The notes under the pieces: model-generated | Told to the model about the DNA's origin: nothing | Seen by the model: only the letters and a program-made list of their open reading frames with translations | The model's database searches: none | Translations under genes and position numbers: made by a program | Assembly: GCA_900088475.1 (NCBI GenBank) | Contig: FLMG01003815.1 | Location: 68,205 to 132,204, forward strand | Source: Hyphochytrium catenoides | Lineage: Eukaryota; Protista; Hyphochytriomycota | Direction: 5' to 3' | Length of the DNA: 64,000 nucleotides | Shown here: piece after piece, positions 23,701 to 37,444 of the stretch | Position numbering within the stretch: the first letter of the stretch is position 1 | Layout of the letters: the number at the start of each line of letters is the position of its first letter

Positions 23701-26700
23701 GTCTCCATAGCACGATCATTGACTGTCAGGCTTTCTGTTGGTTTCTCCAGGGCAGAAAAGGAGGGAGAAGCTGCCATGGACGTAGTTGCAACAGCCGCAA
23801 GTTCAGAAAGGGAAGAACTGACCACCATGCAAAAGGATCCTAGTCTCACACTCAATTCATTCGCCGTTAACTCTTCGGGGCCAGCATATCAGTTTATCCT
23901 AGAGGTCAACGCAGTAAAGATCTCAGTCAAGAATCTTGGAGCCACCATGGGTCCTCGACGACTCCTCCAGTCTATTTTCCTGAAGCATATGGGCCTCTTT
24001 GACAAGCCAGGCAGCACTGTTGCAACTCTAAACAAGCCTGTATGCTACGTTGGGGAGGATACAGCCCTGGCAGAAGCAAAGCATTCATTCTTTGCACCTA
24101 TTATGCCCCTAATTGGACCACAAATGGAAATACTGGCCCGCCAGATTCTCATCATTGAGGTCTGGGGAGAGTTTGGTCGCCGGGCAGGGCAATCTGCAGC
24201 ACCTGGTAGGGCACTGAGTGATGCCTCTCGAAGCAGGATAAGGCATGCTCCCAGGGCACTGCATTCTAGCAGCTCTCATACGCAAGAATCGACAGAAGGG
24301 AGAGAATTTTTCATAGAACGTAAACGGGACATCTCTGAGCATCTACCCCTTGCTCCTGTATTACTGGGCCTGTGCAAGGTTGCTCTTCAACCCATGGTAG
24401 CCCATCTCGCGCTAACCCCTGTCGAGGGCTCTACATCAGGTGTTTGGGAGTTTTCCGAGGCCAGTATGCCCATATCTGACCCTTTCAGCGGTCAGGTCAC
24501 CGGACAGCTCGAGATCTACTGTGCAGCCGGACCGCCATCGGAGGTATTCAGGCTGCAAGGTAGGAGGAAAGCTCAAAAGATCATTGCAAGAGCAGTTCGC
24601 TCTTGGAAGCGAAAGGTGGAATATGCCGTCAGCAGACCCTCCAACGATATCGGCAAGTCACTCGAAACTGGGCTAACGGAGGACCAACCAGGGGGAGAAG
24701 CTAGACAAACGGAGGACCAACCAGCGGCAACAAGAATCACGTCCCATGATAATGCCCAGCAGACGGATGCGAATCTGCCGCATAGTCCCATTAGAGACAT
24801 TACGCGTCCTGCTTCCAACCAAGGAAATATTGTTCATGAGTTCCGCTTCTGCGTGAAGGGAAGGTGCCCTCTTACCATGTCTACAACCCAGATGCATGAC
24901 GGGGCGGCTGCGAGTCCAATGGACTTCAAGGGCTGTGAGGCTCGATTCAGCTCCTCCTTAGATGGCTTGGATGCGATGAGAGAAGGTTACCCAGAGCTTG
25001 TGGCCAGCGATCCTAGTCCGCCGTCGTCCCTTATCCTCTGGTGGGACGCGAGGAACCCCCTCAAGAACACTTACGCAACTAACATCATTCGGACTAGGGA
25101 GCATGGCTATCCCGCGCTTGTCAGGTATTTACAAACGAAAGATTCTCGGGCCACATGGTTTGCTCCAAGTGCAAGCGCCTGTCCCCCCCTATTAGTATCT
25201 TGTTCTGTTAGGGTTGCAAGTGTGCATTTCCAAAGCACCGATGGGCATGTACCCGTACAATGCAACCTTCCATGTGCTGAAAGTCTTACATTTCTCCCTT
25301 GATCCGCTTTTCTCAAAGGTGGTTGCAGCAGATCCCTAACGACGTATTGGAACTGGAGCTTTGGGGCCAATCAGATGCCTCTTGCGCACAACTTGTAGCG
25401 AAGGGCTACCTTGATCTCCTGCGAATGATAGAATTGGCCAAGGAGGGTTCTGGCTGTTGTCGACTAGTTGAGGTCCCCTTGATCTTATTAGGTCCGCAGT
25501 CGGATAGTGCCGCGCCATTGCTACATCTAGAGGTAGCTTACACCCAAAAGACGCCAGGAGGTAGGATATTGCACCGCTTTGCACTATTCTTTGCTGCCAT
25601 CTTCCCAAATCGTCATCCTACCCTCAAGCATCCATGATGGTCCCATTGCCTTGTGTCTATTACTCTCTTGATTCGCTTATCTGTCTACTCCACGTAGGCT
25701 CGTAGGTTTATGAGAATCATGCTTGCTCTTTCCACTTGCCAGTGGTCTCTCCGGACTCACATAAGGTTTAGGTAGAATTATCCGGTAGTCTCACCTTAGA
25801 CACCGCGCTGTCATTGTAGGCCAAGGGATGGAAAGAAAGGCGGCAAAGGAGCTTGGTGCCAGAAGAACGTCAACCATCACGTCCATCGACCGTGTCCTAC
25901 CAGCCAAAAAGCAGATCTGTATAAACATTGGCAGAGTCTCCTCTTCTCTTCTCTCCCTTAGGGCTCTTCTCCTACGCCTAGGCAGGTGTTCATGCAAAGA
26001 TAGAGTGAGAGGGAGTCTTGCGAAGGGCCTTTGCCTCTCTGTTACAGGCATACTACACATTCCGGAAGGCCAGCGGTACGTGCGCCTTGCAAGTCTTTGG
26101 TTCTTTCCCCTGCCCTTAACCTGTTGGTTTCTCGATGCATTCTTTGGCTACCACTTAAAATCTTGGGTTTGGCGGCAAGACTTTTAGTAGCCGATATTTG
26201 GCTTTGCACAGCGAGCGTCTAGGATTAGCGTTGCGTTCCCCCTCTGAAGGGGGTTCAACTATTCCCCTAGCTCTTTTCTAACTCATGCTTTTTTCTCCCC
26301 TTAAGCTCGTCCATATAGAACATAAGCTTATTGTCTCTAACTCTGTCCGCTTTAAATATTCGACACCGCTTAGGTTCATATCTACGTCCATATCAGCTCC
26401 TTCTTATTCGCCGACCTTCTTCGAAGAGTTCCGTTTGCCCGTGAGTGTCACCGCAGACCTAGTGGAGTCCCTGCGCTCTCAACCTCTACAATTGCAGCTT
26501 TGGCTGCATGCCAAGGAGGAGAGAGGTGGAAGGGCTGAAGCCTCCCCGTTACAGCTCCCTGTCAACTGCCAGGAGCACCAGATCGAGGGCAGATGGCTTC
26601 TTGGTGAGATGGAGCTTCCCCTATCCGGCCTTCTCGACAATCCGGAGGGCGTTGCGGGCTCCTTCGCTTACCATGCCCCCGAGTCGCCTTCACAGGTTTG

Positions 26701-29700
26701 GGGGGAAGTTGAAGTAGCAGTGTATTTGGACCATAGCCTCCACCCTTCTTCTCCCCCATTGTCTCCTTCTACTTCTATTAGTTCTACTGGTTGCCCGGAG
26801 TCATTGCGTTGCCCGACACCGGAACGCGCAGTGATGATGGTGAATACCTCACCATCAGACACTGAAGAGCGTATTTGTCAATTGGGTGGAGACCTCCAAT
26901 GGTCACATCTAACGGATATAAGAGCTGAGATTGCGCAAGTAAGTGAGTCCCTAAGCAGCAGCAATGCTGAAGCTCCTGCTTCCCATCAAATGGGATCAGA
27001 CAAGTCCGAGCATGAAAACAGCGCCGGCCTCGCAGGAGACTGCGTGATTCTGGTAGGTCGCACCAAGCTCCAGTAGCTCCCTTTACGCTTGAGTGATTGC
27101 AATCTCTGCATCCTGCATTGACTCCTGCCTTTTGCTCTTGATGGCCTTATCTATGCTTTTTATTAGGTATCGATTGATCAGGCGTTACATCTAACCTGTT
27201 TTCGGGGAATAAGTAATATGGCGGGCAATAAAGGGGTCTTCGCCCGGTACCAACTACACCCTAAGTTGGAAGAGGCGGTAGGTGCATCTCCTCTCAACGC
27301 ACACTCTTTTGCTCTCATGGGAATCTTCGGAAGTCCCTTTGCTCCATCTACTGAGCAAGGGCGTTGCCATCTTGAGCCACTGATCCGAATGTGGAGCCTT
27401 GGCCTTACTGACAATAGAACCGGTCCCGCTCCAAGTCGCCTTACGATAACTTTCTTTTTTGCAGGAGACATCGGTCCTTCAATCTCCAGCGCCCCAGTGG
27501 AGCCATAAACGAAAACTTTGCGTGCCAAGAGAGCTCCTGAATGAGATATGCGAAGGAAGTCTCAGGATCAGCGTGTGGCAGAAACGTTCTACCTTCCTTC
27601 ATAGTCTACATGAGACAGAGGCGGATGAATCGCTGCATCTACCTCTGTGGGATGAAGACCAATTGCTGGGCATCGCTTTCGTTGACCTCACTCCTTTGCG
27701 GTACCCTGGGATGCCAGGAGTCTCCGGTTGGTACCATATCTATGACCGGAATGAGCTTTCCCAGGTATGTTTACTATGTGGACAAGTGAGGCTGCGAGTA
27801 GAGTGAGAGTGCCCACCAAAAGTGGGCGACGACAAAAGAATGGACGAAGAGAGTCAGAGGAAAGTCGATACCGATATCTCTTTAGATATAGCTTGCTAAC
27901 ACAGCTACTTCGCCTCCTTTGCTTCATCTCGCGTAGGGCCAAATAAAAGTAAGCGTCGGATTGCTCACATCAGAGGACGACCAGAAAACGGTGGCGGAAG
28001 ATGATTCGGGATCTATGGACAATACCGTTTCCTCTTTTCCATCGTCAATGGGCGACGAGGTCAACCTCTTTGCCGATGATTTCCAACAAGACAAGTTACA
28101 CGAGTTGAAGAGGAGTGAGGCTGAGAAATCTTGCGATACGACCCTGACCTCCTCTTCTTCCCCTACTGAAGGCGAGATCGAAGACTCTCCGTTCCTCTTG
28201 ATAATGCATTCTCTCGACGCTGTGACTTTAAGACTGAAACAGCTACTAGAGCCTGACTCTGCGGCAGGGCAGGAAGACAGAGACGAAGGCGTAGTGAATG
28301 GCGAAAGGGAAACAGGCAAGGACGGAAGTGTGGAACCAGAATCTACACTCAACTTGACATCCCCGTCAGAGAATGCTAGTCCTTCCTATGCAGATGCGCA
28401 GCCTAGTTATGTAGCTCGGTTAGGCGTGGAGCAAGAAGATGATATGAAGCAGGGAGGGCACTCACCGAGGACGTCAGGAATACAATCCACGCAGGAGGAG
28501 GAAGTTATTGACGAGGTTAAAGAGCAATCGTTGGGAGAGGGATCAAAAGACGGTGAGGATGAGGGTAAGCTTCTACAAGTTAGGGCCGTGCAGACGCTTC
28601 CCTTACACGGCCCATTGCCCGACAATAACTGCACCGCCGCAACGGTGTCGACTCTACAGTCCTCCGGCACCATCAAGAGTCCAGTCTTAGAGGTTGACAT
28701 GGGTGCCCTTTCTCAATCGGTAGCTCTCGTCGGCTACTATAATCACGAACAGGTGGTTCTGGCAGAGGTAGCGACAGAGCAAAAGGAGCAGCAGGGGAGC
28801 ATGGAGCAAGTTGAGAGCGAGCCTGTAAGGACACAGGAGACAGCAGAATCTATGGGGTCGCAGGCAAAGGACGAAGACGGCGAGTTATCTGTTAATGAGG
28901 AGGTCCTTCCCTTTACCACTGAAAGACACGGGATGTGCGATGAAGATGGAGAGGAGTCACGACGTCTGATTCAACCAAGGCATCCCGCCAGCGCTACAGG
29001 CGAGACCGAACCTACGGAAGAGGATATAGACGTAGTGAACAATGTCACCGTCCTTCCTCGCGATAAAGGAGAACACATTGCGGAGAAATTGGACCTATCA
29101 GTCACTCCAATTGAGCCAAACGGTCAAGAAAGCTCCCTTGCACATCAAGTCCCTCCTCTTCCTTTCTCCACCAGTCCGTGCGCTAGCACTTCTCTCGTCA
29201 AAGGAGTAGAACCTCTCCGATTGTCGAGTGAGAAAGCAACACAGACAGAGAACGAAGATTCGGTCAGTAAAACGAGCTTGACAGCTGACAAAGTAGAAGA
29301 GTCGTTGGAGTTAGATCGGCCTCTAAAAGTGAGCCAAGCAGTTGACACCTCCGACCTTATGTACGAGGATGCGAAGATAAGCGAACAAGAGCTGGAATAT
29401 GAATGCGCGGCAGACGAGGAAGAGGGAAGAGAGCAAGAACCAAAAGCCAAAGAAGAGCCAAGGCGTTCAGATAAGTGCGAACTGCTACCAAATCCCAGGA
29501 ATCCATATACCAGCTCTATGGCGATCAGTTCGATACAACTTCGGGCTACGTTCCCCCCCGATAGCTCTCTTCGTCCGGAGAGCCCGAAAGTAATGGAAAG
29601 ATGCCTTACTTCCCTACCCCTAGAAGGCCTCTGTGACATTGTCGGAACTTCCCCCTCCCGGGTCCGCGGCCCTCCGCTCGCTGAGTACCTCTCTGCGATG

Positions 29701-30204
29701 GAGGTCTCATATAGAACACCGAGACTTCCCTCCTTTCAAGACCGACAACGAGGACTCGAAGAAAAGCAACCAAGTCATGCTAGCGCTTCAGCTTTCTCCT
29801 TGAAGACAGACGAATGGGGGTTTCCACAGATGGCAGAGGCCAAGAAGAGCGACCGGCTCCAGGAAGAAAGGAAAAGGGATGCAGACTTCAGAGTCCCCTT
29901 CGGGGCAGAGAGGTCAGCAATCCAACAAAGCCCTGCGTCACAATCTGAAGGATCCTCTGTCGAAGATGAATGGCTGAAACACCTTAGACAGCTGTCTTCT
30001 CCCTCCTCGTCCTCTCCCTCCGTCCCAATCTCTTCCTCGTCAAGCCCCAACAGTGACGGGCAAACCTCTGCACCCGGCTCTGCACGAGATGCTCAATCAC
30101 GACCTCGACAGTTCGACAAAGAGAGCGAACGAATTGCAAGGATTATGCGAGGCAGCCTTCAATTCTTTGAAAATGACAGCGACTCTAGCGATGACGAGGA
30201 TTAA
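20767..30204 (+). CDS. C2CD3: C2 domain-containing protein 3 homolog (distal centriole / ciliogenesis), large multi-exon gene
   Basis: N-terminal IPPLVDGTLRG...IRVRWWGEEG...YPFRCSLERLKAYFRDMGQLVLEV resembles the C2CD3 N-terminal C2 domain. Several internal C2-like blocks follow, then LLGIAFVDLTPL...VSGWYHIYD...QGQIKVSV and a terminal ESERIARIM like the C2CD3 C-terminus. Some internal exon boundaries were not resolved. Confidence 0.82.
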
Positions 30205-31312
30205 TCCTGTGAAGGGGAACTATTTACTTATACCAGGAGCATTTCCTCTCTGTGTTTCACAGAGACGATAGACCGCCAAGAAGGTGAGAGCACCAGGAGA
30301 ATGAGACGCCAAGGAAAGCGGTGCGCAGAAGCCCATCATATGAACCATTCTCACGTACCATAGCCATTCTTTGTACAATAATAGAGTGTACTTTATTTGC
30401 TCTTGCGCTATCAAAGCCCATGTATCTTCATGTCCCTTCTCCCCCTCGTGGCAGCTTCTTTGGGCGAGGGATCTGGGTAATGAAGCGGTAGACGAGGATC
30501 TGCCATTAGCGAGCGGCTAAAGCAACAGAAATTACTTCGCTAGCTAAGTGGCGGAAGCAAAGTTATTAAAAGGCGTCAAGGATCCATCCTCATATGATAC
30601 ATAGTGAGCTCATATAATGGGTGACTAGCGAGATCATCTGCTCTGTAACCTCTGCTCTTCATTCACGACATGTGCAGCTTCTTAGGGCCGTTCTCTTAAC
30701 ACTTTTGGGGGTAGCACGGGGTAGCATGCTACCAACGTGCAGACATATCGCTTCCCTCGCCGCATCGGATAGACCGCTGCCTCCTGCTTGGCTGACAAGC
30801 TCTCTCAAAATCTCACACAGGCACTATTTGTTGAGCTTTATCATCAGAAAAAATCTTCTTTCCAACTTCGTCATGCCCTCCAAACGCAATCTCTGCTATA
30901 TGATTATCGTCTGGTGATTATCGTAATAAACTAGTGGTTGATCTCTCCGGTTCTGATGCCTTCAGAAAGTGCTTGACATCGCTTCAGATCTTTCAGAAGC
31001 TGGAAGTCCTGCTCCGTTCTCTGTGCTTTTCCCAGCAAAGGCGAGCAAGCTTCCTCCTTCCTCATTCCTCCTTCACGCCGGCTCGGCGACTGCGTGATCC
31101 CCAGAGGCGCAGCAGGGGATTCAGGCGACATTGTGGCTTATATAGTAGTGAGTTTATGAGGCTGATGATGGAGAAGCACAAGGAAGACAGGATGGTAGGG
31201 ATCAGTTGCTATACGCGCCTGATGGATCCCAGCATCAAAGCGTATCACTTGCCGAGGTAGGCAAGGCATTGCCAGTGAAATATAGAGAGCCTGACGGACA
31301 CGTGGGACTGCC

Positions 31313-34300
31313 ATGAGTTTGTTTGCGGCGGCAGGAGAACGTCCCACTTCTAAGGCCACTGCCGGGAATGAGGTTCAGGAGGGGGCCAGAAAAGCCACAA
31401 GCTTCCGTCTAACGAGAGAACAGCTGGAAGCTATCCAAAGAAGACAGGTTAGTGGACTCTTTCAAGACGCTATTTCACCAATCATTCCATGCTGATCCCG
31501 CTCCGAACAGGACGCGTCCTCGTCCTCTTCTGACAGTAGCGACAATGACAGCGGACGGGCCTATAATGATAATGAGGACAGAAAAAGAGCTAAGGATCAG
31601 GCGCACCTGACGCAGCAAAGGCGCAAGGAGAAGAGAAGGGAGAAGAAAAAGAAGAAGGAGAAGAAGAATGAGAAGAGAGAAAAGAAGGAGAAGAAGAAAA
31701 AGAGTAAGAAGAAATATGAGCAGGATCAGGACAAGCGTCAATCGGCGAAGACCGTTGACCCTAGGAAAGAAGATAAATCTAGAGACCACCAAGAACTGAC
31801 TCTGGCACTTCTAAGTGGCAGCCAAGAGCTGGCTGCTAAGAGAATGGGCGAGAGCCTCTCCTTGGTCGCCCGTAGTGACTCCACTCAACCCTTAGAGGGA
31901 GTTTTTGAAGAGGACAGGGGCTGTGACATGAAGAACTTAGCGTATGGCAGCCTCTACCGAATGAATGTCCCAGCCTACTACATCTCTCACGCGCCTCACC
32001 ACATCGTCGGCTTCAGAAGCTTGCCTGGGGCTCTGCGACGGGAGCTCGTGGCACAGGCAGTGGAAGGTCCAGCCAAAGCCTCAAATCAACCTCGTTACTA
32101 TGCGCCAGAACGTGTTATGGACTATGCGGACGAGACCCTCCGACGCTTAGATCTCTCAGCGAGCATGAAGAGAAAGCGGAGGCTAGAAGAACAAGAAAGT
32201 GCTACGGAGAACAAACGGGGAAAACCAGGAGAGTCCAAGATGTCCGATGAGAAGGAGGACCTGGGAAACCCCGCAGCTGGGGCCAGTCACCTTAACTTCA
32301 TTCCCCTGGATCCTTTTGTCGTTCCTGAAGCCCATCAGCCTGCCGAAGCTGAGCTAGGTCGCACTGCAGTGGACCAGGTGGTAGACAGGGAAATCTATGG
32401 CGTTAGCGACTTAGAAAAGAGAGAGGAGAGATTTCTGCAAAAGACGAAGGAGTTCAACGAGAAGCTAAGAGACAGGCCTTCAGAGGTGCAGCTGTGGTTA
32501 GACTTTGCTGCTTTCCAGCACGAGGCCTCATTTATGAGCGGAGCTAGAAAAGAGAACCGCAGAGGTAGGGAAGCTGTCCTTTTACGCTCTCCTTGGCAAC
32601 GTGCGCCATTCTAATTTTTACTTTAGGAATATTGGAGAAGCAAATCTCTATCTTGGACAAAGCGCTAGTGAAGAATCCACAGAATCTATCGCTTATCCTC
32701 GCCCGTCTCCTGCTCACATCTCAGCTTCACGAGTTCGAAGCGGTACAGGAGATATGGCGGAACTTTTGCCTCCGCCTTTCCTCTGTGGAAGGGCTCTGGG
32801 CAAGCTTTCTCAGTGCCAAGGCCAGGAGGTTCTCTTCTTTCTCTTTAACCATGATGAGGGAGGAGTATAGGGCAGCGTTAAGGATTATCACGGGGGAACG
32901 AAGAAAGCTGTTGGCGAAGGTTTGATCTGATTGCTGGAAACCTCCTCTCACTTGTTTCACTTCTCCCCTATGTTTGTACGTGGTCTTCTTTGCTCGTTAT
33001 CCCGATCCTACTGCTCGCTGACTGTACAGCTCGCCTGCTCCTACCTGCACTTCCCTTATCCCTTCTCGGGTCAGCCAGCTTATGTGGTCGTGCTCTTTGG
33101 TCTGCATTCAGGCAAAAGCTAACGGTGAAACGGTCATGGAATCAGACTCGCTTCTAGAGAAGAAGGAGACGATTTTAGAAGAAGCGCAGCTACTCATTTT
33201 CTTTCGGCTCTGCTACCTGGAGCAGCAAGCAGGTTACACGGAGAAAGGGACAGCATTACTCCAAGCTCTAGGAGAGTTCAACCTTGGTTATAAACTCTCG
33301 TCATCTCCCTCTGCCAGGCATTGGGTGGAGGTGGACTCCATGAGTCAAAAGCTCTCTGACTTCGAGGACTACTGGGAAAGTGAGGAGCCACGTCTTGGTG
33401 AAGAAGGTTCTCTAGACAGTAACTGGGCTACCTTTCAGGAGAGCAGGGGACACCCTAAAAAAGATGTCATTAAACCGAAGCACGAAGAAGACGCCTATCG
33501 CAAGAGTGCCTTGCAGGAAGCCTACAAGAAGGCTTCAACAACTCTACAGCCAGGCAGGGATTCATCATCTCTTGGCATGGCTAGCCACCTCGAAGCCTTG
33601 GAATCCGCAAGCGAACCATTTCCTTCCTTTGCGTCTCTGGAAAGCGCGCAACATCTCAAGCCGGGAACGGAGGTGGAACAGGATGTAACAAAAGGGGAAA
33701 AGACAGAGATAACCGCGACTCAACGTCTTATTCTTCGGGCGGAGGGTGCTCGACGCCCAAGAGCTGCTGACTTCTTTCAGGGAGACGGTAAGTCCACTCA
33801 TTGATACATTATCCTCTTCCTCCTTTCGGTCTTTTCTGTTTCCGTTGTGAAATAGGAAATACCAACAAATCTGCGGTATCCTACTCTCTTAGTGCGATAT
33901 GCTGTCTGCCAGCTAATAATCCGTCCCCTTTGCAGTGACGGATGAGGAAGAGGAAGACGAAGGGGATGAATATGTCTATAGTGTCGTGCATGGGTATCGT
34001 ATTCCAGTCAAGAAAGAGGAGGACACTACGGCCGAGTATAAAAGAATTCTCAGTCAGCTAAGAAAGGATGTGAAGCTGGAGGAAGAACTGAGGAAGAGGC
34101 AAGAGAAGAGGCGCGAAAGAGAGAAGATGGGCAAAAGGCGAGGACGGCGCTCGGATGCGCCCGAAGATATAGAGGCACGCTATCCGAGTCTCCCACTAGA
34201 TGATCCTATCCGCAGTTGGGCTCTTAATGAGCTGCGAAGAGAAGAACAGGAGTGGATGCCTCTAAAAGCATCCACGTTTGAGTACAAAGATGGCGAGAAA

Positions 34301-37241
34301 GAAGAGGAGGGAGGAGAGGCCAATTTAGCGGAGGAGGAGCCAGAACGGGTCATATTCTTTGACGATATCAGAGATTTCATTTTCCCTCTATCGCCACCAC
34401 TCCATTTCTGTCTGGCACATGGCTTCTTGGAGTATCTGGGCGTGTCTATCAATTTCACGCGCTTCGGATCCTCGTGCTCGCCATATCGCGCCGCTAAGAC
34501 TCAAGCTATGGAGGATCGATGGATGGGTGAAGGTACGGATGGCCAGGGATACTTTATCTTTGTGCTACTCAGTTCGTGGGCCTTCTGCGAGGTATCCAAC
34601 TTATTTCAAACGGTAATTTCTTTCTCTGTTGTCTCAACATTGGCCTACTGCCAAGTCTTCTATTTTTATCATTAACCTATTCCCTTACGACCTACACAGA
34701 ACTAACAACCCTGCGCTTGTGCTGCTCTCATATCATCACCTTATCCGCTATGCCCATATAGTGAATGACATGGATCTCCTGGTCGACCCGGTGGACTCTT
34801 TCTTCGATTCAAAGCCCTTCAGCGCTAATAATTCTCCACGGGAGGTGGTGACCCTCTTCGGATGCTTTGACGCTACGCTCCGGGTAGAGGAGAAAGCTTT
34901 ACGCGACCAATGGAGGATCCGGGCAATCAGGAACATTCTTTATCGATGTTTCTCTGCTTTTGAGGAGCATTCTCAGGGACCGCAAGAATCAAAGCCAAGA
35001 GGGAACAATGCCTCCCCCACTTCAATTTTTCAAGCAGCGCTCATTGCCTACGAAGGAGAGGTGGCAGCCTCTACGGCAAGAGTAGGACTTGTTGAGGGTC
35101 CGGCGACTGACGAAAGAGCACAGAAGGCTATGGAAAGATCTCGCGACGTTGCTAAGGCTCTCTTAAAAGCAACGGAGCGAAGTCGCTTTGACCTTAAGCT
35201 TTGGCTGGCTTACGCTGCCGTAGAGGCGAGATTCGGTATGTTGGGTTTGATTCTCTTTGGGGAGTCGCATGTCTTGTCTAGCTATCTATCTTCCTATCGA
35301 TAGACTGTGACGAGACACTTTTCGCTTTTATAACTCTGCCTTCTGCCTCTACCGCTACATGAGCAAAACCCGACGCTTCTAACTTATGTACTCAAGGGAA
35401 CGGTATAGAGAGCGAACGTGTGCTGGAGACCGCTCTCTCTTTTCTTCCTTCGTTGGAAGGGCATGCACAAGATGGCGTCGCTCGTACTGCTTGGAGCCTG
35501 GCCCGTTTGTTTCTCTGGACTGGGGCACTGAGTACTGCTGTGCGCACGGGCAACAAAGAGCAACATTTAAGCATACGTACGTAGCCTAAGCTGTAGATCC
35601 CACGAAGCCGTAGATCCCAGTTCTCCTACGTCACCTTCGATTCCATGTACCTCCTCACTTACTGCCACTAGACCGTCCATTTACCATCCTCTTCCCGGCA
35701 TTGCAGGCTCCAAGCACGGTACCGAGAAGTGGTTGGCCATTAACGCCCTTCTCGCACCTGTGGAGGGACAATATCGTATACCTGAAAAGACAATGGAGAA
35801 GGACGAGCTCTTATCTTCGCTGTCTTTACCTAGTCGCATGGAGAGAGCGAAGGAGTTATTCGAAGGCCACATCCACCGCACTTTCTCCTCCATGAGCAAG
35901 GACACAGAAGTTTACCATGACATCCATTCTTTTTGCTACCAAGTCGCCTGCTATTCACTTTTCCAGTACTTGACGAAAGGCTACCACGCAGCTCATGAGG
36001 TTAGCACCTTCCTATCTAACGCACTTCGCAGAATTCTGACTTGATTGCGATGTCTTATCTCTAGAGTTTCACTTTACATAATCGTCTTACCCTCGCTGTC
36101 GACCGTTCTTTTGCCCTTTAGGTGTTTAGGATCAACAACGATAAATTGCAGGGTCTATTTTCAAGACGTGAGGATAAAGCACGGTCACCCCTGAACAGAC
36201 ACGAACAGTCGCAGGAGTGGCTGCTCACGGCGTGGCTAGAGCTACTGGCACACCATCGTCGCGAAGAAAGAGAAGCTGACAAGGGGTTGCAACCCCGTGT
36301 GATCGAGGATCTTGGTCATCGAGAGAGCTCACTCACCCTTCTCCGACAAGCATTAGGCATAGCGTTGGACAGATTTCCATCTTCACCGTTGTTCCTTCGA
36401 CTGTTCGCCGACACGGAGAGAGACTTTCGGGCTGCTCGACGGCTCCAGACACATTTTCAGCGGATACTTCGTCGGTCACTCCTCTCGACTGGGCCTACGG
36501 CTCCACAATGGCTGTTTGCACTCTACACGGAGGTATCTAGAGCTTTTGCAGAGCTTCGGCAGCAGGCACTTTCAAAATCTATGAATCCCGAAAGACACTA
36601 TGACGACATGGGCCAAGGGGATGGTCCTCTTGCTAATGTATGGGAGTTAAATGCGGCTGCTATTCAGCGCATCCGCCGACTATTCGAAACAGGCGTTGAT
36701 AGCTTTGACGGCCAAGGCAAGTGCATTGATGACATTACGAATTGGGTTTGGGTCAGAACGCGGCTCCGCCGTTCATCTAACGGCCCTTATATTCCTTACT
36801 TGAAGTCGACCTCTATTCCTATTATCTGTCCTCAATCTTTGCCATAAGTCCTTACTGACATGAGATCTCAACTGAAACCTCATCGCTACGAAAGCAACGC
36901 TTAGTGTGAGTAAGTCTCAACTGAAACCTCATCGCTACGAAAGCAACGCTTAGTGTGAGTAAGTCTTCCCCTCTGACCCTTTTTCGCTCCTCCACCCTTC
37001 TCCCTCAGCTCTGGTGCTTTTCTGGAGGCTGTATGTCAAGTTCGAGCTCAGCGTTCGACGGCCCTCCCGGGCTAAGTCAATCTTTTTCAGGGCGGTACAC
37101 CGTTGTCCCTGGAGCAAAAGACTGTGGATAGATGGCCTTACTGCACTCAGAAGGTTTATGACGGAGGCAGAATTGAAGGATATAGCTGACCTTATGCTGG
37201 CCAAGGAGATTTACCATCGGCAAGCACCCTTGGAGCTCTAA
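31313..37241 (+). CDS. NRDE2: NRDE-2 family HAT-repeat protein (nuclear RNAi / MTR4 partner), multi-exon
   Basis: K-rich N-terminus; DRGCDMKNLAYGSLYRMNVPAY; TKEFNEKLRDRPSEVQLWLDFAAFQ; EKQISILDKAL; QQAGYTEKGTALLQALGEFN; FEDYWESEEPRLGEEG; EPERVIFFDDI; FFRAVHRCPWSKRLW. Confidence 0.9.
36866..36963. repeat. Perfect 49-bp tandem duplication in the last NRDE2 intron
   Basis: tctcaactgaaacctcatcgctacgaaagcaacgcttagtgtgagtaag at 36866-36914 and 36915-36963. Confidence 0.95.
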
Positions 37242-37444
37242 AAGCAGAAGGGAGGATGATAGAGCTGCAAGTGCCAGTCCACAAGGCGGAGCAGTACCAA
37301 GAAAGGTGGATAGCCTGCCCTGGAATAGCATCGAAGAATAGCACATCAACCTTGCGAAGACTCCAGACGTGTCCTCTGCCATATCAAGACCAATGGCCAC
37401 CAAGCTTCCTTTAGGAAATACTTTTCATATCTATTTATTTAGGA

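Noticed and set aside
36866-36963. Repeat as a CRISPR array or hammerhead ribozyme
   Set aside because: Only two abutting copies with no spacer, inside a spliceosomal intron; the CUGANGA hammerhead core is not present in the right arrangement.
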